A DNA stretch of 26,280 nucleotides, from assembly GCA_963847625.1 (NCBI GenBank), contig CAWKAR010000036.1, positions 1 to 26,280 of the forward strand, written 5' to 3'. Both the position numbers and the translations under genes were made by a program. Below, one piece after another: positions 1-7,879 of the stretch. Numbering within the stretch: position 1 is the stretch's first letter; each line of letters starts with the position of its first letter. The DNA comes from a candidate division FCPU426 bacterium (lineage in GTDB: Bacteria; Oederibacteriota; Muellerivitia; Muellerivitales; Muellerivitaceae). A model generated the notes under the pieces. It did no database searches. It worked only from the letters and a program-made list of their open reading frames with translations, and was not told where the DNA came from.

Positions 1-1
1 A

Positions 2-1170
2 AAAAGGTGCAAAAAAGATATAGGATCAATAAATGGAATATTAATATCGGGTGATATAGCTTTTTCTGGAAATACTGACCAATATAAAGTTGCTGAAGAT
101 TGGATTCATAAGATATTGGGTATCTGTGGATGCGAATTGCAAAATGTGGTCATTGTTCCAGGGAACCATGATGTTGATTGGTCAAAAAGTAGGAGACCCT
201 CTCCAAATGCTTATCGAACCCAAATGCGGACAGCACAAGACTTCCACAAACTTGACGAAATTTTATCGGGATTTTATACAGATGTTGCTGTAGAAATTCT
301 ATTTAGTCTTTTCATAGGTTTAATAATTTTGCTGCTCCTTTTCATTGCGATATTAACAAAAGTTCTCCAATTGTAATAAAAAGAAATAAAACTTCCTGGA
401 TTTCCAAAAATAAAATTTATCGGAATGAATTCATGTTTGGCTTCTAATGAAGATGATGAATTAAAAGTTAAACATCAAGGTCTTACTTCCCACCAATTGG
501 CTTTGGATTGGGATGATTCATTTTTACATATATCCGTTTGCCACCATCCGACAAATTGGATGATGTTTTCTAACCATGTTAATCAAATGTTAAATGCTCG
601 TTTCCCAATACAATTATTCGGTCATGAACATCAACGAAGAGTATTAAATACTTGTACCACTGTGAAAATATTTGCTGGAGCTTTACAACCTGAGCAAAAG
701 GGGACAAATGGAAGCCAAGTTACAATATTTTGAAATTAGAAAAAACTTCAAATTTTAAAGAAAGTCATAAAGAAATTGAGGTTGAAGTAATTGGCAGGGT
801 TTGGAATTTAAAAACTAGCAGTTTTGGTCAAGATATGCCAATTAGTTCTAAATACGTTATAGTGGTTCCTGCAAGGTTGGGATTGAGAGGTGAACAAGTG
901 GCGGGGAAAGGAAAATATAAAGAAAACATACAGTTTCAAACTGAAACGAAGAATTCAGAAATTATTCAGAAGAGACTTTCGCCCGAAATTTATTATTCAT
1001 TTTTTAAAATGTCATTTGTAGATAGATTGGAAATATTAAAAAAATTGAAATCATATAAAGATTCGGACATGGAAAAAGGTCCGATTGAAGCAACAAAACG
1101 AGGTGTTTTAAGAATTATTAAAAGTGGGAAAATAGAAGAGTTTGAAAAATTATTAAACTCAAGTTCCTAA
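2..1170 (+). pseudogene. Calcineurin-like metallophosphoesterase with C-terminal helical adaptor (GAAD-like); 5'-partial, about 3 frameshifts
   Basis: Frame 2 from the window edge reads GILISGDIAFSG...VIVPGNHDVDW. Later frames give IGMNS, VCHHP, LFGHEH, AGALQP, then WKPSYNILKL. Frame changes at about 310, 380 and 700 lie near homopolymers. The helical tail FFKMSFVDRLEILKKL follows a linker. Confidence 0.8.
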
Positions 1171-1181
1171 CCAGGAGGTAA

Positions 1182-2253
1182 ATGGTGTTACCTAATTTTC
1201 CGGATTTGATTAAATTGGCAAAAGTCCAAATTGACCCGAAGGCTTTAGAAACCAGGTGGGAAGGTGTAGAAAATATTGTAAAAGGGTTTGATGTAAATTT
1301 TGTTATCAATGTAATTAAATATTTACGTGGCGAAGAAAGTGGAGCTTTTTTTGAAGAGATAAAAAATAAGGTTCGTGAAAAAGATAAATCACTAGGAGAA
1401 CGAAAACGTTGACAATGATATTAAAGTTGTAATCGTTGCAAGTTGTCATTTTATTTTTAAGAAAAAAATGGAAAAAAAGTGAGGCAACTTCCTTAGCATT
1501 ATTAATAACTGCCAGTTTGCGGAGTAGGGAAGGTGATCCTTTTTAATCTCGGATTTAATTAGGGTGGCAAAGTCTTTTTTGGCAGAAAAAAATAAAAAAT
1601 TAAAATATGTGTTAAAAAAAGATGTTGAGACTGAATCGATAATTACAAAACCTGTTGCCGATACATTCGATTCGAAAGATTTATTAATAAGGTTTACATC
1701 AATTTCAAGTAGGTTCAACCAATTATCAGAATCACTGAATATTTTAAGTGACGAATCAAATATTCTCTGGTGGATCACTGGAAACGAAAGTCACACTTTA
1801 AAATTACCATTTGAAGAACTTGACAAGTCGTATTTGGGTATTGTCGTGGGATTTGAATTGGGAAAAATGGTAAACGCCTTGCCGGGGCCAGCTTCATACA
1901 GATCTTTGCTAACTGAAGTAATAAATAGGGTTATTCCAAACGGAAAACTGAGGGAATCAAAAGCATGGTCTGGTGCATTAAAAAGTATGGATGAAAGTTT
2001 AGTTAAGCAAATTGTTTCAAAATTTAACGAAGTCGTTGGAAGTAAAAAGGAATTAGTAAAAACTTTATTTCCTATTCACTTTTCATTTTCACTTGAGTTG
2101 GAAATGGGAATAGGGACTTGGAAAAGTTATCTAAAAACACAAGGCGATCTTAAATACATTGAGAACCTGACTCATTATGAAATAGCCGAACAAATTTACC
2201 TTGAATACTTAAGTCTAAAAAGCTTGGTTGAAAGTGGTTTTGAAAATGGTTGA
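1182..2253 (+). pseudogene. GASH-like (GTPase-associated system helical) protein, frameshifted at about 1400-1560
   Basis: RBS AGGAGG before ATG 1182. Motifs ETRWEGVENIV, LSDESNILWW and ELGKMVNALPGPASYRSLL match my recollection of the GASH family. ORFs 1182-1412 and 1564-2253 are joined by a frameshifted stretch. Confidence 0.7.
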
Positions 2254-2381
2254 AGAAAAACCAAAAGATGAAAAAGTTGTTCCACCTCCAAAAGTTGAAG
2301 AAAGAACGGTTGCGCATAAAGAGTTTTATTCATCAGAGCATTTGTTAAAAGAGGATGTAAATATACTTCTGGGGCAAGGAC
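2246..2381 (+). pseudogene. 5' stub of the next operon gene (predicted TRAFAC/DO-GTPase), truncated by IS3
   Basis: ATG 2246 overlaps the end of the GASH gene. It reads MVEEKPK...EFYSSEHLLKEDVNILLGQG and then runs into the IS. No P-loop is present, so GTPase identity is inferred from gene order only. Confidence 0.4.
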
Positions 2382-2414
2382 TGACCTTCCCCCAATGTTC
2401 GATCCAAATTTAAG

Positions 2415-3245
2415 TTAGTTAAGGCCCAACTTTTCGGCCTTTGCTTCCATTGGGGTTTTTCCTTCTAAACTGCTGTGCGGTCTCTGCCAGTTATACACCT
2501 GCCTCCACCAATCCACGACTACCTGGGCCTCCGCTTTCGAAAGAAAAATTTCTTGGTTCAGGCACTCATCCCTAAACTTTCCGTTGAAACTTTCGATGAA
2601 TCCATTCTGCCATGGACTCCCTGGTTCGATATATAGCACCTCTACGCCCTTCTCCTCAAGCCAGTTCCTCAGTTCTTTCGCCACGAACTCTGGCCCGTTG
2701 TCCACCCGCATGCACTTCGGCGTCCCGTACTCCGTCATCAACTCATCCAGCGTCTCTAGTACGTCCCGGCTTCTCATCCGCTTCTCTGCCCGGATCTCCA
2801 AGCATTCCCTAAATCCTTCATCCAACACCGTCAAAAACTTCACCTTTCCCCCGAACCATGTCAGGTCATGCACGAAGTCCATCGTCCACACCTCGTTGGA
2901 ACCCAAAGCCGGGTGGGGCCTTCTCCATTCCGTCGGAACCCTCTTCTTCCTGGGTCTCCTGCGCGGTAATTGAAGCCCTGCTACCTGGTAGAGCCTCTCC
3001 ACCCGCTTGTGATTCACATCAAGGCCTCTGCGTTCCAACATCCACAACATCCGAGGGCTTCCGAAACGTCGGTTTCTTTGCGCTAACTTAACCATTTCCT
3101 GCAGGATCACCTGGTTCAACGGATCTTCTGGCTGGGCCTCATATCGAAAACTCGATCGATTTACCCCAAGAACATCACAGGCTCGTCTTTCCGGTACTTC
3201 CTGAGCCTTCAGGGCTTCCACCATGCCTTTTTGCTCCTCGATCAA
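2415..3245 (-). CDS. IS3 transposase OrfB (DDE/rve), in the -1 frame relative to OrfA
   Basis: WTMDFV, RVDNGPEF, PGSPWQNGFIESFNGKFRDECLN, YNWQRPHSSL. Confidence 0.95.
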   Translation of the reverse strand: MIEEQKGMVEALKAQEVPERRACDVLGVNRSSFRYEAQPEDPLNQVILQEMVKLAQRNRRFGSPRMLWMLERRGLDVNHKRVERLYQVAGLQLPRRRPRKKRVPTEWRRPHPALGSNEVWTMDFVHDLTWFGGKVKFLTVLDEGFRECLEIRAEKRMRSRDVLETLDELMTEYGTPKCMRVDNGPEFVAKELRNWLEEKGVEVLYIEPGSPWQNGFIESFNGKFRDECLNQEIFLSKAEAQVVVDWWRQVYNWQRPHSSLEGKTPMEAKAEKLGLN

Positions 3246-3511
3246 TACCCCTTTTTTTTTATGTGCTCTTGGAGAACCTGAATAGCCAGGGCCTGATCAC
3301 CCGCTAACTGCTTGAGTTTCCGGTTTTCTTCTTCCAGCTGTTTGATGCGGTGGACTTCGGAAACTCCAAGGCTTCCGTACATGCGTTTCCAGCGGTAGTA
3401 AGTCTGCTCGGAAATGCCATGCTTTCGGAGAACTTCCTCAACGGCGGGAGCTTTCTCCGCCTCGCGGAGAATAGCCACTATCTGCTCAGATAAAAACCGT
3501 TTCTTTGCCAT
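3242..3511 (-). CDS. IS3 transposase OrfA (HTH)
   Basis: KRFLSEQIVAILREAE...RKHGISEQTYYRWKRMYG followed by the coiled coil LEEENRKLKQL. Confidence 0.93.
   Translation of the reverse strand: MAKKRFLSEQIVAILREAEKAPAVEEVLRKHGISEQTYYRWKRMYGSLGVSEVHRIKQLEEENRKLKQLAGDQALAIQVLQEHIKKKGY
3251..3260 (-). promoter_or_regulatory. -1 programmed ribosomal frameshift site (A9G)
   Basis: Minus strand reads ATA AAA AAA AAG GGG TAT TGA at the end of orfA. orfB continues in the -1 frame, as is canonical for IS3. Confidence 0.85.
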
Positions 3512-3578
3512 CTTTCCCCTCCCGATCTATAATCCAAAACTAACATATTTTTGGATCAGTTTTCGGGGGAAAGGTCAC

Positions 3579-4106
3579 ACCGGAAAAATCTTGATGGGGT
3601 TGGTGGTAATAGCGATTGGGGCGGGCTCCACCCTTTTATGGTGGCCGGGAAAGTGGGGGAAAGTTTTAGACGCGGCAAAGGACAAACCGGTTAACACAAA
3701 CCAGGCCCAAGGCCAGGACGCCCAATACGCGGACATCATCAATTTCGCCGAACGCTTCACCATCATGGCCTTCAATGTGAGTTACACGGACATCAACCAC
3801 CAGGTTGAAAAGGTGGGGAACCTCATGAGCGACAACATGATGAGCTATTACCAGGAGGCTTTCCTGGACCCCAAATGGATCGCCTTCCTTTCGGACAACA
3901 AGGCCTACGTTTCCTACCAGCAGATCGACCGTTCGACGGTGGTAAGCACGGAGGGGAACCATTATTGGGTCAGCGTTATCGGCAAGAACCTTTTTAACTC
4001 GGACGCCAGGGGAGCTGGCTCCCAAATCGAGCTTCCTTTCCGCCTGGTAGTCGTCATTAAGAACGACAACGGGCGGCTTACCGTCACGAATTTTCAAAGG
4101 CAGTAA
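3579..4106 (+). CDS. VirB8/TraK-like conjugative T4SS protein, probably 5'-truncated by the IS
   Basis: Single TM segment (ILMGLVVIAIGAGSTLLWW) followed by a helix-helix-helix then beta-sheet pattern (FAERFTIMAFNVSY...YWVSVIG...FRLVVVI...LTVTNF), typical of NTF2-fold VirB8. The track start at 3414 lies inside the IS. Confidence 0.55.
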   Translation, partial: TGKILMGLVVIAIGAGSTLLWWPGKWGKVLDAAKDKPVNTNQAQGQDAQYADIINFAERFTIMAFNVSYTDINHQVEKVGNLMSDNMMSYYQEAFLDPKWIAFLSDNKAYVSYQQIDRSTVVSTEGNHYWVSVIGKNLFNSDARGAGSQIELPFRLVVVIKNDNGRLTVTNFQRQ

Positions 4107-4107
4107 A

Positions 4108-4591
4108 CATGGAAGAACAAGCGCTACAACTCAACCCGAAATTGGCGAAAAGGTGCCGCCCATCCGCGCAATCGCGCGATGGGAACTTATTGAAGGTCAA
4201 TCCCCGTTTAGCTTGGAAATACCTTGAGGCGAACGTCCGGTTGGGCGGACAAGTGGATAGGGGAAAAGCCATGAAGGTGATCGGTGAGCTTGCGGAAAAG
4301 TATGGGCCGTTTAACGGCGGAGCCTGCCGGAGGAACGTATGGGTTTTGATGAAGTTCGAGTTGCCGAACGCGATTTTGGAATTCCTCAACCGCCTGCATG
4401 GCAGGTTCCCGAAATTATCCGAAGGGCTGGTCTTTTTAGCCGACGCTGACTTTCTTTCGGGGATTTTGGTGATGGTTGTTTGCGAAGAGGACACCAAACT
4501 CATTATCGATGATTTTTTTAGGATTTGAGACCATGGAAGAACAAGCGCTACAACTCAACCCGGAATTGGCGAAAAGGTGCCTCCAATCCGC
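4108..4591 (+). repeat. 60-bp direct repeat (4108-4167 and 4532-4591), 3 mismatches
   Basis: CATGGAAGAACAAGCGCTACAACTCAACCCG(A/G)AATTGGCGAAAAGGTGCC(G/T)CC(C/A)ATCCGC occurs twice, 424 bp apart. Confidence 0.95.
4109..4528 (+). CDS. Hypothetical protein, stand-alone paralog of the N-terminal helical/TPR region of the downstream GGDEF protein
   Basis: First 20 aa are nearly identical to those of the next gene. A further gapless 90-aa block aligns to it with 30 identities by hand count. Tight operon spacing on both sides. Confidence 0.65.
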   Translation: MEEQALQLNPKLAKRCRPSAQSRDGNLLKVNPRLAWKYLEANVRLGGQVDRGKAMKVIGELAEKYGPFNGGACRRNVWVLMKFELPNAILEFLNRLHGRFPKLSEGLVFLADADFLSGILVMVVCEEDTKLIIDDFFRI

Positions 4592-6006
4592 CCATTTGTT
4601 CATGGAAAAGAAGAGGTATTTGGAGGCCTTGAAACTGTTCGACGAGGTGATCGCCAAACACCAGCCCCAAAACGTGGAAGCCTACCTGGAATCGGCGAAG
4701 ATTTACGACCATTACAAGAAACCCCAATCCATCATGAAGGTCATCAACCTGCTTCACGGTTTTTCCCCCAAAACCCCTGAAAGCCTCGTCCTATTGGCCC
4801 GCGCCCAGTTCCTTTCGAAGAATTACTCGGATTGCCAGGATACGCTGAAGGAAATTTTCACCAGGAAAAGGGATTTCTCGGAAGCGGTGGCCCTGGAAGC
4901 CGAGGTAAGCCTTTATACCGGCAAGTATGAAACGGCCATCGAGAAGTTCGAGTCGCTTTCCCAAAGGTACCCCAAAAATTACAACTACCTCACCCTTTTG
5001 GCCCTTTCCCATTGCGCCAACGGCCAGTTCCACCGGACCATCACGCTTTGCACCACGCTCATGCAGGCCGGGGTCACGGACTACCGGGTCACGAAGCTTT
5101 ATGAAATGGCGAAGAAAAAAAAGGAGGGCCGAGGCCCTGGGGAAACTCAAGAAGGTCAAACCCCTCAAGTGGCTTTTCGCGCAGATATTCGACCCGTTCC
5201 TGGAAAAGGAAATGAGGGCGGAGTCGGTCAACCAGACCGCCCAGGAGGACCTTGTACTGGAAACCTTCGTGGACCACCGGACGGGGCTCTTGAACGACCG
5301 GGCCGCCATCCAGCAGATCCCAGCCCTTGCCGTCAGGAGGAAAAACCGGTTCTTCCTCACCATGGCCGACATCGACTTTTTCAAATCCTTCAACGACGTC
5401 CACTACAACCACCAGGTCGGGAACGCCGTTTTGAAAGCCTTGGCGAAAGCCGGCCAGCGAATTTTCAGCAAGGGCAGGATTTGGCGCTACGGCGGGGAAG
5501 AGATCGTCTGGGTGTTGGATGGAACCGAGGAAGAGGCCGTAAAAGAGGCGGAGGAATTTCGGAAGTATTGCGAACAGAAGGTGGGTGAGGAAGCGAACGA
5601 GATCATCCAGAAGGAGGACATCCGCCATTTCACCGACGGCTCGGACCACAAAAAGGACGATGTTTTCACCATCCATTATCCCGTGACCATTTCCCAGGCC
5701 ATCGTGGAATGGGGAGAGGACGGCACCAACCTGGAAACCATCCTTACGGCGGCGGACCACGGCCTTTACGCGGCCAAGGAGAATGGGAGGAACACGGTGG
5801 TTTTCCGTGGAGAGCCCCGGTGCGTTGGCTTAAAGCCGGTCAAATACACTCCCCAGATTCTTGAGTTTCTCCATAAGGAAGCCGTCAAAAAAGGTTCTCC
5901 CAATTGGTGGGTTTACCGCGAGGGATTGAACGAGAAGGCAAGGGAAGCCGCATTGGAATATGCCCGAAACACCCTGGGGGACAAGGAGGCGGCAAGGAAG
6001 AATTAG
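4533..6006 (+). CDS. TPR-repeat + GGDEF-domain nucleotide cyclase (about 490 aa), split by one extra A in the A8 run at 5115-5122
   Basis: TPR helices (YLEALKLFDEVIAKHQPQNVEAY, GKYETAIEKFESLSQRYPKN) lie in the frame of 4533. DHRTGLLN, MADIDFFKSFND, RYGGEEI and ADHGLYAAKENGRN lie in the +1 frame. Removing one A joins them as AKKKRRAEAL. Confidence 0.85.
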
Positions 6007-6039
6007 TTTCAATTTTTTAAAAAACTAAGGAGGACGCAA

Positions 6040-6336
6040 ATGGCTTTAAAGATCAAGGTGACGAGGATGTACCCCTATGAAGGGGAGAACACGAAGGCGT
6101 TTTTCGACGTAAGGGTAGCCATTGCCGGTTATGAGTTCTTCTTCAATGACCTGACATTGGTGAAGAAGAAGGATGGGGATGGTTTATTCGTGGGTTTCCC
6201 TTCGCGTCCGGGAAAAAACGAGGGGGATTATTTCCACTACTGCAACGCCAACAAGAAAGCCAAGGAAGAAATCGAGAAGGCGGCGGTTAACGAGTTCAAG
6301 AAAAAGACCAAGGAAACCGCCACAACCCAGAGTTAA
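6040..6336 (+). CDS. SpoVG-family nucleic-acid-binding protein
   Basis: RBS AAGGAGG. IKVTRM...KAFFDV...FNDLTLV...GLFVGFPSR...GDY follows the SpoVG pattern. Confidence 0.75.
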   Translation: MALKIKVTRMYPYEGENTKAFFDVRVAIAGYEFFFNDLTLVKKKDGDGLFVGFPSRPGKNEGDYFHYCNANKKAKEEIEKAAVNEFKKKTKETATTQS

Positions 6337-6360
6337 TTCAAGGCGTTTCCAGGAGGGAAT

Positions 6361-6636
6361 ATGGATAACCGGAGAAAATGGGACCGCCGAAAGGCCAGCC
6401 AAGATTACCTTTTATCCGACGCAGAAGTGGCCCTCATGGCGGGGGTTCCGGTTAATACAGTTTGTTACTGGCGCTTGGCGGGAATCCTCCATTTCGTCAA
6501 GGTGGGAAGGCATCCCCGCGTTTGGTTGTCGGAATTCCAAAGGACTTTTCACCAACCAAAACCAAATGGGCCTTGGGAACCTTTGGGCGAAAGTGTTAAA
6601 ATACGAACTGGCAGTGACATTAGGAGGAAGCGATGA
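6361..6636 (+). CDS. Excisionase-like winged HTH protein
   Basis: LLSDAEVALMAGVPVNTVCYWRLAGILHFVKVGRHPRV. RBS AGGAGG. ATGA overlap with the integrase. Confidence 0.8.
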   Translation: MDNRRKWDRRKASQDYLLSDAEVALMAGVPVNTVCYWRLAGILHFVKVGRHPRVWLSEFQRTFHQPKPNGPWEPLGESVKIRTGSDIRRKR

Positions 6637-7700
6637 GCGCACCTAATGTTCACGGTTTGCCCCAGTATCTCCGAAAGGATGGTGCTGGGTATTTTATTGA
6701 TTATTCCATAAGGGAAGGAGGTAAAAGAGTTAGGAAGCGGGTTCGTTTGGGCCAAATACCTTTTGTTCAGGCCAAGAAAATTCTGGCGGAGCACATGCAG
6801 GAAATCGCCGCCGGAAAATTTTTGAACAAGGAACAACCGGAACCCACTTTCAACGAAGCGGCGGATTCATTCCTGGCATATTCCGAGGCAAGGAAGAAAA
6901 CCTTTAGGAATGATAAGTTAATAATCGGGCGACTAAAGGCCTATTTTGGCGACCGGCCATTGAAAAACCTAAACGCTGATATCGTTGAAGGTTATTTGAC
7001 CCAACGGGGGAAAGCCGGGCATCTTAAGTACCCCGGAAAACCGCTTTCTAATATGACCCTTAATGGGGAACTTCGTATCCTCAAGTCCATTTTGAATCGG
7101 GCTGTCCTCAACGGTTTATTGGAGAAAAACCCGATCCAGAAGGTCCGGGGCTTCAAAGATGTTTCCCGCGACCGCACTTTGACTCAGGAGGAATACGAAG
7201 CGCTTTTGGGCCGTTGTTCACCCCGCCTTGCTGCCATCGTCCAGTTAGCTTATTGGACTGGAATGAGGAGGGGTGAGATCCTGGGCCTAAGGTGGGACCA
7301 AGTAGATTTAAAGAATAAGGTCATAACCTTGGAAGCCACGGATACCAAGACCCAAGAGAAAAGGGAAATTCCATTGACCGACGAGTTGGCGGAGATAATC
7401 CATAAAACTCCGAGGACCTTAGGAAATCCCTACGTTTTCACCCATAAGGGCAAGCGAATTAAGAACATCAAGACCGCTTTTTGGAAGGCCGTCCGAACGG
7501 CAGGGATCAAGGATTTTAGGTTCCATGACCTCCGGCATTGTGCGGTGACCAACCTTAGGAAAGCGGGGGTTAGCGATTCGGTCATCATGTCCATTTCAGG
7601 CCACAAGACCTACGCCATGTTCAGGCGGTACAACCGGATTGACCGGGAAGACCGTTTAGAAGCTTTAAATATGCTGGCTAAGGTCGAAGGACAGGAATAG
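6633..7700 (+). CDS. int: Tyrosine recombinase/integrase
   Basis: Catalytic set TGMRRGE (R), TKT (K), FHDLRH (HxxR), SGHKT (H), RRY (Y). N-terminal arm-binding-like region. Adjacent to a tRNA 3' fragment. Confidence 0.95.
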   Translation: MSAPNVHGLPQYLRKDGAGYFIDYSIREGGKRVRKRVRLGQIPFVQAKKILAEHMQEIAAGKFLNKEQPEPTFNEAADSFLAYSEARKKTFRNDKLIIGRLKAYFGDRPLKNLNADIVEGYLTQRGKAGHLKYPGKPLSNMTLNGELRILKSILNRAVLNGLLEKNPIQKVRGFKDVSRDRTLTQEEYEALLGRCSPRLAAIVQLAYWTGMRRGEILGLRWDQVDLKNKVITLEATDTKTQEKREIPLTDELAEIIHKTPRTLGNPYVFTHKGKRIKNIKTAFWKAVRTAGIKDFRFHDLRHCAVTNLRKAGVSDSVIMSISGHKTYAMFRRYNRIDREDRLEALNMLAKVEGQE

Positions 7701-7788
7701 GACACCGGAAAAGATCGAAACCGCACCCAATTAGTATTTTTGTTGTAATGCAATCATTTTTGAATAGCGAGAGACGCCGACCTTGATG

Positions 7789-7833
7789 CTGTCACGCAGG
7801 AGGTCGCGGGTTCGAGCCCCGTCAACCCCGCCA
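7789..7833 (+). mobile_element. att site: displaced 3' half of tRNA-Asp(GUC)
   Basis: CTGTCACGCAGGAGGTCGCGGGTTCGAGCCCCGTCAACCCCGCCA comprises the anticodon loop, T-arm, acceptor strand and CCA. The upstream sequence has no D-arm or 5' acceptor strand. Confidence 0.9.
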
Positions 7834-7879
7834 TTTTTTCTAAGAAAAACTAAGTTTACCGATAATTCCGAAGTATAAA

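Larger units (their letters stand above)
2382..3577 (-). mobile_element. IS3-family (IS407-like) insertion sequence, 1196 bp
   Basis: TG...CA ends with imperfect IRs: TGACCTTCCCCCAATGTTCGATCCAAATTTAAGTTAG versus reverse complement TGACCTTTCCCCCGAAAACTGATCCAAAAATATGTTAG. Contains orfA and orfB. Flanks GGAC and CACC are not duplicated. Confidence 0.95.
1..7833. mobile_element. Right arm of an integrative (likely conjugative) element in tRNA-Asp; left end is outside the window
   Basis: xis-int-att terminus, VirB8-like gene and AT-rich cargo. Membership of 1-2381 is inferred because the IS junction is rearranged. Confidence 0.7.

Noticed and set aside
3414..3578. N-terminal part of the 230-aa ORF 3414-4106
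   Set aside because: It reads through the IS3 end antisense to orfA and is not part of the native gene.
4108..4591. 60-bp repeat as a DGR template/variable pair
   Set aside because: Mismatches are not adenine-specific, the repeat is N-terminal, and there is no reverse transcriptase in the window.
7703..7715. CACCGGAAAA shared with 3578-3587
   Set aside because: A 10-bp match is expected by chance, and there is no supporting arm-site array.
7760..7833. Complete tRNA-Asp gene
   Set aside because: The 5' half is missing, so it is called as an att remnant.
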